Shown: one piece after another, positions 52,961-64,000 of the stretch
How the letters are laid out: each line of letters begins with the position of its first letter
Position numbering within the stretch: position 1 is the stretch's first letter
Translations under genes and position numbers: made by a program
NCBI GenBank assembly: GCA_002633005.1
Contig: NMRA01000283.1
Span: forward strand, 284,351-348,350
Direction of reading: 5' to 3'
Origin: Phoronis australis
Lineage: Eukaryota > Animalia > Phoronida
DNA length: 64,000 nt
The notes under the pieces: model-generated
The model's input: only the letters and a program-made list of their open reading frames with translations
Told to the model about the DNA's origin: nothing
The model's database searches: none

Positions 52961-53588
52961 AACCCGGTACAGAGATGACGATGATATGTACCCATACATG
53001 TATGTATAGAACAATACATTGTGACTTGAGAACAGTTTTAAATCGCACGACGGTGTCTCTTCAAGTTCATTTGATATCTATAACTTGTTTGAAAGTGCAT
53101 TTAGTTGATTGCAGTAATCACGGCAAAATCATCTAATCAAAAAACAGAACAACAGCTGTGTCGTGTGTGACGGATGTATACATTCAAGCTTTTGTAATAG
53201 CATAATACAAGACATTACGCCTTTGCAAACTGAATGGGATAACAGTACTTACCATCAAGTGCAAATTCAATTTTAGAGAAGCCAAGAAAATTATTTAAAG
53301 GAGCGTCAGTTGCAGGCGATCTAATTAGCAATAATCAATGTAAAGGAAAGGTTCGACACTATTCACTACTTGCACAAGTTCGCCGTTGGGCTTGAGAATG
53401 AGGTGTTGTGTCTAAACTACAATGGTTCAGCATGTTGGATCACACGCGCTTTCGCGTTTGCGTTGTTAAAAATGATCTTAAAAAGAGGCATTTTGTCCTA
53501 AACAACAATAATTTTTGTCATGAGTAGCAATGACATAACTTGAACCAATGAGTATCATCTTCATCTGAAAGGAAATGTAGAGGAGCCG

Positions 53589-53774
53589 TGATACGCCGTA
53601 AAATGTAACAATTTCGTAAAATGTAACAACTGTTACATTTTACATCATTGTTACATTTCACGTAGTTGTTACATTTCACGTCGGATGCACATGCGAGAAA
53701 TGTACCATGTAACAATGGCGTAAAATGTAACAGTTGTTACATTTTAAGAAATTGTTACATTTTACGGCGTATCA
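53589..53774. mobile_element. Palindromic MITE (186 bp) with TG...CA termini and 6-bp TSD
   Basis: TIR of about 54 bp, TGATACGCCGTAAAATGTAACAATTTC(G/T)TAAAATGTAACAACTGTTACATTTTA. Exact TSD GAGCCG at 53583-53588 and 53775-53780. Confidence 0.9.
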
Positions 53775-54740
53775 GAGCCGTCGCAAAACTGTCAGGCGCC
53801 CCACAACTGCAGAGAAAAAATCGTTTTGGACAATCCAAGTGTTGGGGTTGGATAAACATCAGTCATTGAATTGCAGGTCATGTTTTCATCGAGTACACCG
53901 TCATGTATAATGTTGCGCACCTGACTCTACTGACTCATAGTTCACATTTGTAGTGCTTCATAAATAAGCCTGGCGTACTTTCAGGAAAGAGAAGTCCAAA
54001 TGCAAAACGCATCATAAAATATGGCTTGGATATTTTGTTTAGTCGCTGATCTTGCTAAGAATGTTACGTTATGTCACAAACATGTATCTAAAATAACAGA
54101 CATGAACTTGTATTCAGAGCAACATAGCATTTCTACCTGAAACTGTACAAAATGATGAGCGAAATGAAAGAATTGAGGTTGACTACGAAAACAAGAATAT
54201 CGACTACTCAGAGTCGATCAGAATCAAGACATCGATGATGACGGTGGCAAACAGCGATAATACCGACAGCAGCACTATGCCTGGACAATGGGTTAACAAC
54301 GACGGCAAATCTGCATAATTATCAGTATTAAGTAACGCATGATGAGTGTTCATGTCGCTTGAGCAAATAAAATAAAAGAGGCGTTTCCATTTGTCTGTAA
54401 TGTGAAAGTTGTAAATGTGTATTTAAAACGGAGTGTGATGCGATTGTATATTATGACACATCCATTGCCTAATGAGATCGTTGACAATTTATCGAGTGAA
54501 TAGCAAAAATCGGCTTATTTCGTCGATTTGTGGGATAAGTAGGTTATTTTGATTTTTAACAGAATGTCAAAGATTTTTCTTCGAACAAGAAAGAGCAACA
54601 GTCAGAGCAGAGGGTATATGTGCATGCATTACTTATGGAAACAAGGCACAATTTGCAACGATATACGTATAATATAATCCAGACAGTCCTGGAAACTTCA
54701 CCGACGAACGTTTACAGAGGTCAATTGAACCTACGTTTGG

Positions 54741-54950
54741 GAGGAGGCAGTGTGGCCTAGTGTGATAGGTGCCAGCCTTCTATATTCGAGGTCGTGGGCC
54801 ACAGTGCTAAACCCTTGTGTCAGGTATCTAGCTCCTCATCTCTGTTTTAACTATATATTAATAAAATGGTTCCAGGTGATCAGTGCAATGAGCCTACATG
54901 TGGGCCTGTGCACGCCTGGTACAACGTGTGCCAGACCGCCAGCAATTATT
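54741..54950 (+). mobile_element. tRNA-derived SINE copy lacking the B box
   Basis: Colinear with 29127-29351 but missing about 16 nt (ttcgagtcccactagg) that span the B box. Confidence 0.85.
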
Positions 54951-55319
54951 GTTTTTATTAACTACATTTGGTCATTCGGGAATCTGGCAGACTAGGCATT
55001 TGACAGTAAATGCCTCCCATCTTCGTCGTCTTTCACTTCATTCTCACCGAAATCAATAGCTTTCTGAAAATAAAATGATAGAAATTTTGAGTTATGACTA
55101 ATCTGTAAAAAAATGAGCATAATAATTTTCTTGCGAAAAAACTCTATCGCCGGACGATTAGTAGCAAACGGAAAGGAGGAGCGAAATCGAAGGAAGAACG
55201 AAACCAAGAACAGTAACCGTGAACCACGACCCGACACCCATGGCAACAACGTAAAGGCAAAAATTGCATTCAGGAATCAGTCAAAAATGTGCACGAATTA
55301 AATCGGACAATCCAAGAAA

Positions 55320-56113
55320 ATGAAAACTTAAAGCCACATCGAGAAACCCTAAGCACGTTAGAGAGGTATTGATGAAATTTATTTAGACTCCAAATTTCAG
55401 ACAATTCCCTTGCTTGGTCGCAAAGCTAGAGCTCAGCAAGCGATTGTTCAAAGAAGGCTTTTGCAGTGCCACCTTTCGCCCAAAAATAACAGACCTCAAG
55501 CTTCTCACAAGACATGCAACATGTGCCAATAAATATCAAATAAGTCTACAGCGATCAGGTTGGAGCGAAAAAATAGACACATTTTGCAGGTAGCGCTTGC
55601 CAAGATCTATCGACATGCCAAATTTTAGAGAGATCCGTCTAGAGATGCCGGAGATACGGCCCTCCATAACTCAGTTAATTTAAGAGTAATTACGGGAAGC
55701 TGTCAAATAATTCGAGAACCGTCGTAAATAATTTTAACAGATGACAAATATCCGATGGCCATTGGAATGATTTATCCAAAGCAAATAACGGATAAAAAAC
55801 TCCAGAGACATCGGAGCTATTGCTCATCAAACCAAAAATTTTGCAAAATGGCCGTAACAGCAATATCTTGCGTCCGGTGTCAACCAAAAATAATAGGCTT
55901 CGTGTCAACATACAATGCACACATTGTGTGTAAATTTCACGACCACCGGGATAAGAAATGCAACCTGTAGTGCGCGAGCAAACAAAAAAAAATTACGACA
56001 GAGTAACATACGGGAAAATGCCATTTCTCCAATGGTAATTATTCCTGAATTCTTAATACGGCTGTTGTGTTGGGACATGAGTCTCATTGATGAGAGTCGT
56101 CACGCTCGAGTTC
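55320..56113. repeat. Unclassified repeat with tgccaaattt...gatcc subrepeats and a terminal hairpin
   Basis: Motifs resemble those of the 52.1-52.9 kb array. A hairpin gagtctcat-tg-atgagagtc lies near 56079-56098. Boundaries are uncertain. Confidence 0.3.
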
Positions 56114-57149
56114 CGTGAGAACCAACAGCTGCAATACGTAACTAGTACCGTCGGCAATGAATGCCTATCATTGAGCTATTAAGATTATTTGCACTGACTG
56201 TATCTCTAATTAATAGAAACGTGAAGTTTATCGATAAGCCGGAAAAGTGCATATATGACAACATCAGATGTCTGTTTTGGAAAACCTAGAAAAGCATTGG
56301 AATTATTAAAGTACTAAAGGCATCCACGCACTTTCACTAACATCGACATTTTTCTGCAACTCACTATCTTGCTGTATTGAACTGCCTTCATGAAGATATC
56401 TTTATATTTACTTAACACTTTAAACAGAACTTTCCTGAGAGAATTTTGCAACTTCTGTGACATGGACATTCATTCATACAGGAAGACTTCTAATGAAAAA
56501 ATAAAAATAACGAACCTGTTCTTCAGGACAACTGTTCATTTATTAGCTCCTTGTCATTATTCAAGCTGCTTGATATTTCTCCAGATTGTTGTCTTCCTTT
56601 TACAGAATCAATGATAATGTTAAGAATGTAGTTGTTATTATTTTAAGGTCTTGCTTACTACAGTCCCCGGGTATTTCTACAAGTTATTAAACATCTCGTT
56701 ATGCAGCTCTCAGCTAAAAGCATTTCATTTCTCAAAATCGGAAACTTTCGTTTGAAGTCCCAGTTTTCATTCGCGTGTCCATTTCACTTGCCTAAATACC
56801 ACACCTGTTCATTGGACGAAAGACACCCGAGACGATGTGGCACTAGTGAGATATAATGAGCCTTATTTTGATTAATATGTTCCGTATGTGTAGAAATAAA
56901 AGATACTGGTTCTGTATACATCTTTGATTCCTAGCACATTTCCGTCTGCTTCAAAGTAACAGACTGTTGAAGTTCATCTATTTTGGAATCTGAAACGACT
57001 AAACCTTTTTCTAAATTCGATTAAAACTTACCAATCACATGGCGTGAAATTGAAAAAAATACCCACAGCGTGGGACGCGATTCGTCAATGTTCGAGTCCA
57101 GTCCTGATCAGAGTTCGGTTGTCTAGGGTCTGGGGCATGTGATGAAGTA

Positions 57150-57210
57150 GCTAGTGCCATCTATCGTAGCTCGGCTGCAACTGCTAGCGCTCTCTATCGT
57201 AGCTCGCCTG
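57150..57210 (+). repeat. 33-bp tandem duplication
   Basis: gctagtgccatctatcgtagctcggctg / gctagcgctctctatcgtagctcgcctg. Confidence 0.7.
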
Positions 57211-58766
57211 AAAGTAGTGCGTGATTCTTCGTATTTTAGGTGGCCCTGTGCTTTTCAAACTCACGATCATTAACATCCGATAAAAGTGTGACACAACTGA
57301 CTACAAATTCCCTTTAAACAGAGAATGAAATCTCATTTCATATAACAACAGAATTGTCACGCAAAGCGCTCATGTGGCCACTCGCTGGTTCCCTGCGTGC
57401 CGATAGGTGGTCGGTAGCCAGCTCGCAGGTATTGCTTAATTTTCCTCGGGAAATGCTTTTACCCCGGCTTTCTGATTGGCTAGTCTCAACAGGCAGCGCC
57501 GCAAACAAACTGACATGACTGATGAACTGAAGTGTAAATGTGGTCTTTTGAGCAGACAAATCGGTGCTTAAAATTTATGTTCAGGAAATGTGAATCCTAG
57601 AAATTGTGGTTGCGTCTTTTAGGAGTGCATCTTTTTACTGTCGATGACTTTTGTTTGCGATACTGTCCTGTATTCATACAGTATGAATAACACACCGTTA
57701 AATCGGCCAGATATGCGTTTATTGTGCATGTATGTGCTTCAAGCACGCGGTTATGATTAAACATCACGGCAGACTGAAACGAAATAGTTGCTGCGACGCC
57801 ACTTGCATGGCAAGACTAAAAATCGTTCACAGTCCGCCATTTTTTCACGGTGTTGTAAATAACCAATGACTGCTGAGGTTACATCAACCCAATGCTAAAG
57901 TGCGTGCCACTGCGTGATACATGCTGGATAGGCACGCAGAGAACCAGCGAGATGTGGCCACAGCGCCATTGTTACCGCATGAGGACGCTCCCAAGGAACG
58001 TAGAACATGTACCGTATTTACCGGAATATTAGGCCATGATATAATAGTCTGTGTTCTGGCGCATTTGAACATCGAAGCTGCATCAATCCTAACCACAAGT
58101 GTTTGATCAAGTTTGGGAAAATATGATATCCGTGTTCGCCATTTTGGAATTCTCTGCGTGAATGTTTTTGTTTTGCTGTATTATTTATTCAACGCTTATA
58201 GCAAAGCAACATTTACAGTCTTAGACATTGCTTTACATGTTGGTCATAACTGATTGGCAAACACAAAAAATGAAAACTGGCCTTATCCGAAATAACCGTA
58301 TGGCCTCATACTCGGATTCAAGGCAGTGACCTTACATTTTAGGTCATTTGCATGTCTTGTGTTCTGACAAAACGCATTATTTGGCCGGTTAATACGTTGA
58401 GCCTGAGGTAGCACTGTACAGTTAGAATATCAATTATGGCGGAGTATAGGTGGATGCAATCCATTCTGGATCTTGAATGGTCCTAGAAATAGAGTAGAGT
58501 AATTTAACAAAAATGGCTGGCCCTCACAAAAAGGGCACAGTTTTCTCATTTGATGTCCGCTGGGAAACGGCAACACATTTAATGAATCGCATTGTCCGCG
58601 TAGATGTACGTGTTAGTTCGCAGCGAATGCACAGCACTGGTGCGACACCTATCAGAATAGTCAACTCACGTAACTTTCCAAATAACGAAGTCAATACAGT
58701 CAGAAACTTGACTGCATTTTTGGCTTGCACCACAGAAATTAAACTTTTGGGGTAGACCAGCCTACC

Positions 58767-58865
58767 GTTCGCCAGGTTACGAGAGATACCGGTGTGTATT
58801 TTAAATGAGAACATGTGACGTTGGCTAGATTTTAGCTAGGTCCTATCGTAGGTCGTAGCCTACTG
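58767..58865 (+). mobile_element. Short dispersed element family D, copy 3
   Basis: gttacgagagatac..tgtgtattttaaatgaga...tggctagattttagctaggtcc...taggtcgtagcctac matches 13070-13155. Confidence 0.6.
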
Positions 58866-59847
58866 AAGACACGCCCGGTTTGGCGGCAGTTTTAAGATAT
58901 GAATTGCACGTAGGTTTAATGAATCTGATTTGCTTGTGCTTGTAAACATGTAGTAAATCAGAAAGAGTGAATTATAATAGTTCTGCTGTAGATTTTATTT
59001 TCTTCCAAATGTAGATTTTAAGTAGCCTTCAAACAACCCTGCCAGTATTTCAAAACAATCCCATTGAGTGGCAGCACTTTTAGAACACATTTGTGGAATC
59101 TGCTACACTTTTGCGTTCAGAATCTATCTAGTATTGGCTCGTGTCGAGCATTGCCAGGGAATTTGTGATTTTGGACTAAAAAAAACAATTTTGCGCATTT
59201 TTCCACCTTTTTTGAGCTTGGGCTTCTTTATGGTGGCGGGGAAAGGGACAAAAATATGGAACAGAACCAAGTTTCTGTAGACATGTGTAGCGCACTTGAG
59301 GTTAAATGACTAACAGATTTTCGTTTTGTTCATAGAGTTTTGGACAGAGCGGAAGAAATGCGAAAAGTTAAGTGATGTCTGCTGTGCCTCTTTACACACT
59401 AGAATCCGCCATCTTTGAACTACAAGCATTGGTTTTACGACGTGCTTGGGGCACTTACAATGCATATACGGAGAACGAACGAAGGAAAGTGCCTGTAATT
59501 AGTCAAAGGCATGTGGCAGCCGCATATCATTTTGATAACGCGGTTTTACCCATATGGTAAAATATGATCAAAACACATCGTAGAAAATCTGGATCAGTGG
59601 TACGCTTACAAAGGACATTCGCCATGGTAGGTTTTGTTGTTGTAGAACCTTGAAACGGCCCGTAGGCGTGGCCTAGGCCTGTTTGTCGGAAATATCCGTT
59701 TCAAAAACTCTTTGAAAAGTTTGCAGTAGGTCCACTGCATCCCACGGTTAATTTAATGCATTGCACACAGTATGTGAATGAGTAGGTATTGTCTGAACGT
59801 GCTTAAAATTTTCAATTGTAGTCATGGAGGTCTTTTACCGTTTTTTA

Positions 59848-60133
59848 CAGGGGTACCATAGAATCATATGCGCGATCAGCCCATCTTACGCACGAACCCC
59901 TTACGAACCTATGGACCAGGCATACAAAACCATGAGTTATGCAAATGAACCCAAAAATCACGCCTACGAACAAAAATCATGCGTACGAACACTTTATCAT
60001 TTGGTGGTTCGTGCGATTGGGATGCTCGTGCGAATGATGTTTGTTCGTAGGCGTGATTTTTGGGTTCGTATGCATGATTCATGGATTCGTAGGTGATTCG
60101 GATGCCCGTGCGTACGATTCTATGGTACCCCTG
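59848..60133. mobile_element. Palindromic MITE (286 bp) with TACGAAC subterminal repeats
   Basis: Perfect 18-bp TIR CAGGGGTACCATAGAATC / GATTCTATGGTACCCCTG. Inner inverted match gaacccaaaaatcacgcctacgaacaaa / tttgttcgtaggcgtgatttttgggttc. No clean TSD. Confidence 0.85.
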
Positions 60134-61444
60134 GTTACGATGTTGATCTGCCAATTGCTGATTGCTAACACCTACAAACCGGTGCCTTTAAGCCCAAAGG
60201 AGACTAGTACGTTTGATGTACAAGTTTTATGGCACTCAAGCGATATCGTAAAATGTTGACGTGATGACTACACATTTGGTGAAGTGATAGGTACTGAAAA
60301 CACTGCCGACTCTTTCTGACGTAATATGCAGGTAATGGTGGGAAGCTCCGACAGTTGAGCAACTTGTGAAAAAAACGATATATGACATCACAACACGGCA
60401 CAGTGCACTTTAAGACATAATTGGTTCCTTTAAAGATATAGGTATAGGCATTTTTGTAGCATTACATGGTACTCAAACCACAAATTGACGCCTCAACAGC
60501 TGCGATGGGAAACAACTGGAACATTTTAATTAGTCCGTTGCGCACTCAATAGATGGCGCGATAAACGTCATTCCCAAGTTTCCACGAAAATCAAAAGACG
60601 GAAAATAGAATATCTGTATCTACTTCAAGACTTGCACTACATCCGGACCGTAACTAATACCTATCCACTGATAAAAGCGTGATTTATTGTACTTAAAATC
60701 AACTTACGATTTTAAACACTTATCAGCAGAGGTCACGCAGGGACAGATTTTCTTTATTGGTATCAGCCGTCGTCAAACACGTTTAATAATAGATGCACGC
60801 AGTACTCACCGAGAAAATATCGCATAACATCTGCCACCTATAGCTTACATCAAATGACCTGAAAGCAACTATAGAGTGCGAACAACGTGCCTCAAAATTG
60901 GCACACGGATCGGATGTTGACGCTTGATTATCACGGATTGTACTTCAGTACTTCTCATCACGCCACCGAGTCGTCAAACTGTCGAAAAAATGTCACCGGC
61001 TTTGCGGCGGTAACAGGCACTGGCAAAGGGAACGCTACAGACAAGTGCCTGTGGGTGTAACGCTGATATGGAAGTTCAAATAACTCACAGACCGAATTAA
61101 GGTACAGTAGCTGAACACTGACTCCATTCGTTGTCAAGGATCGTTATTCTTCAACGAAACTTTTAGCATGCTTATCACAAAAACTTAGTTTCATCACCGT
61201 CTTATGTTTTTTTCTCGACCGGTTATGCTTTCCGTGTAGTTACAGATGTATCAAAAGTACATCAATACAAGAACTGCATTAATGCGTTTCATTCAGTGTT
61301 ATAAACTCACTCATTACACAACGAGACATTCTAGCGTAAGAAACGGAAGTCAGTAAAACAACTTATCGTCAGGTTGGAACGTTCAAATTGTTCATTTCCG
61401 CGTAATTAGTCAGTTTTAATTAGCAACAAGAGGTCTGACAAATG

Positions 61445-61738
61445 TAGTTATAGTGACTGAGTTCGTAATCATCAGGTTATCGAGTTTTCAAGGCCGATTT
61501 GCCCATTTAGGAAAGTGAGTTTTCTATAATTATTCCGTCGTCTGGTCGCGATATCCATTCGAAATTTTTGAGACTCAGCAAGGGATTTTATTAAACTAAT
61601 TAGTCGAAAGCTGGAGTCACTCGAAGCTTTTTAAAATTTCAGGTTCACGCTTGAAATAAATCGAAAGTTACCACGAATGTTAAGACGGGAGAGGAATGCA
61701 AACTCACACCGGTGTACATGTATATCCGAGTAAGCTCG
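61445..61738 (+). repeat. Dispersed repeat family C, copy 2
   Basis: Aligns to 45775-46042. Confidence 0.75.
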
Positions 61739-64000
61739 GCATTTCCGGAAATCCTCAACTTCTCTCGCTGCAGTACAGCGCTCGATTTTATTCCCTCTTG
61801 CTTACTCTAGAGAGGTCATTCCTCTCTTGTTTTCGAGTACATTTGGGAGATCATCCTTTTTTTTGCACACCGGCTTTGGTCGGTACAACGCAAAGCCCGT
61901 GTCGGCCATTTTCACGGCGCCAAGAAACGAAACAGCTGATGAGCGCCTCGAATGCAAATAGCTTTCACTGGAAGCCCTTGATAGCAATTGCCGAAATATA
62001 ATAAAATCGCAAAAGAGCAATAGGATTTGCTGTTTGTAGCTCTTGCCAAAATTCAGAACTTCAAGAAATCAGCTGATTTTGTGTTTTTAATTGTATAATT
62101 ATGAAAAAAGATTAGAAAACAGCAAAAAAGACCAAAGTCTATTGATTGGTTGGCCTAACACTAAGTGTGTTGGGTTTTGTGGATTTCAGTGCAGTATTTC
62201 AACTTTATCTCAGGCTGCGTGCACGTTAGAGACGTGACAAACCGAGATCAGCGTCATTACAAAGATATTGAAAAGACCTATTCAATGATGTATTAATAAG
62301 CACTGTGAGTAGACTGGTTCAAAAGTTATTGCAATTATACGTTGAAATATATACCGCAAAAATCCACCGTTTTAATGCAATAGGTGTTAGCTTTTGTAAA
62401 AATATCTTTAGCAAGTCATAACTTTCTTACTTCTCACACAAATTGAATGAAAACTGGCAGACATCAAGACTATTATACAAAGAACAAACCAGAGTTTGTT
62501 TTCCAGAAAATATGAAGCTCAGTCACTTGTTATGAATAACAAATTAATCAATCGATCAATTATATATTTTCAAAACATGCGTTGTAAATTAAATTTCTCT
62601 CCAAATTCCTAATCCCAATTGATTGAAGACTTCCTGAAGTATCATGTAGCTTATATTTCCTTAAAAATTTCTGAAATTTGGTGACTGGAATTAAATTACC
62701 AAAGCGGCTATAAACGAGCCTTCCATCGAAGAAACCAGCATTTGATTTGGACCACTTACTAATATAAAATTGACCTCAACGGGTTTCTTACTTAGACGAG
62801 AAGTGATTATTGTTCGAGACCATCGGCAAAAAAAAATTACACTCCACAATGAGCTGGTGTAGCCTTGTCTCACGTAATAACCGTTGGCTCTTTTCGAGCC
62901 CAGAAATCACATCTGTTTTGACTGACGGACAATTTGAGACTAATTTATTTCATAATGGTGAGTGTGCAAAAACACAAATTGGAAGGGTACTAGAAAATAC
63001 ACTTCATTAATTTCACAAGTTATTATTTTATTTTAATAGATAATTAATTTCTCAAACATACTTTCACGGTTGTCTTGTCAATCTTGGTTACTGATCTGAG
63101 ACTATGTTTTTTCTAGAGTGGCATTCTAGCGAAAAAATATCTTACATCAAAAGCTGGTTTACTTTTTATCTGTGAACCTAGGATATATGAATTTAATAAA
63201 ATTTTTATAAGGGCATTAGAGAAATTTTGAAAATAAATCACTTTTCATGAAAAATTAATTTCAAGCTGCCATAATTTTTTCTGGTAAATTGTTTACAAAA
63301 ATAAAATGCATATTAGAAATATAAATTGCCTTTATAATGCTTTTAAAAATCAGTAGAATACAGAAAATATTTTACTAATGTTAGCCAGAAACTCTTACAA
63401 CAAAAAATGAAGATGACCTTAAACAGATGGTCTTTCTTTGTCATTGCCAGTTAAAACCAACCAAGACCTCAGCAGTTGGTCACCTAACTAAACCAAGCAT
63501 GGAAAATCCGATTCACAACGGTTGCAAACTTTACAACATGCACTAAATTTAAGGTGGAGAGGCAAGACTACCAGAAAACCTGTTCTAAAATGTTATTGTT
63601 TGCAAACTGTTATTTTTATTTCTTAAGTGGAGTTATAAGTTTTAAATATAATCATTCAATCGTCATTTCCGGCACAATTTTGTCAAACGGCGATATGACC
63701 TTACACTCTTTCGCAGTGGTACGAAAGGTGGCACTGTCGAATGTTGGCTTCTCATTGGTTAAAGTAATGAAACTGACGTCACAACGTTCAGTCATTCCCA
63801 TACTTAGGTTGAAATCTGGGAAACCCCTTTCAGTTTATTGTTACGTAGTATGGCGACCATACTCCTTGACTTTAATGGTAATAACTTACTAAAAACGGGT
63901 AGTGATCGAAGTAAACAAAATCAAGGTAATTCCGATCCAGAGCTTTTACAAGGACACTAGCTCTAACCTAATCCTGTCAACAAACATTGCGTAACCGGGT

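Noticed and set aside
34151-63422. A 29-kb giant element bounded by TTAAGGTCAT ... ATGACCTTAA
   Set aside because: The inverted match is only 10 bp including TTAA. Independent TTAA-element termini or chance are more likely.
245-63892. Remaining short ORFs in the track as prokaryotic-style genes or operons
   Set aside because: Coding density is very low, the ORFs overlap on opposite strands, no recognisable domains are present, and the repeat content is eukaryotic.

Overview
AT-rich eukaryotic genomic DNA, probably from an invertebrate animal (inferred from the transposon repertoire; the species cannot be determined). I found no intact host gene, rRNA, functional tRNA or CRISPR array, and most ORFs in the track look like chance ORFs. 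The window is a dense transposon graveyard. It holds two internally deleted Kolobok-type DNA transposons (13300-14983 and 16944-18332). Each keeps the 5' end of a THAP-transposase gene on + and a convergent gene on - resembling the P2X7 C-terminal 'ballast'/KolX-type protein. A third, more decayed element of the same architecture lies at about 51.1-51.7 kb. Also present are a degenerate CR1/L2-like LINE (about 41.7-44.3 kb), an L1/Tx1-like 3' remnant, three copies of a tRNA-derived SINE, and an inverted pair of Penelope-type minimal hammerhead ribozyme motifs. Several MITEs have readable TIRs and TSDs, one of them IS3EU-like, and there are dispersed repeats, microsatellites and possible Gypsy pol debris. 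All protein assignments come from motifs read by eye and need HMM or BLAST confirmation.
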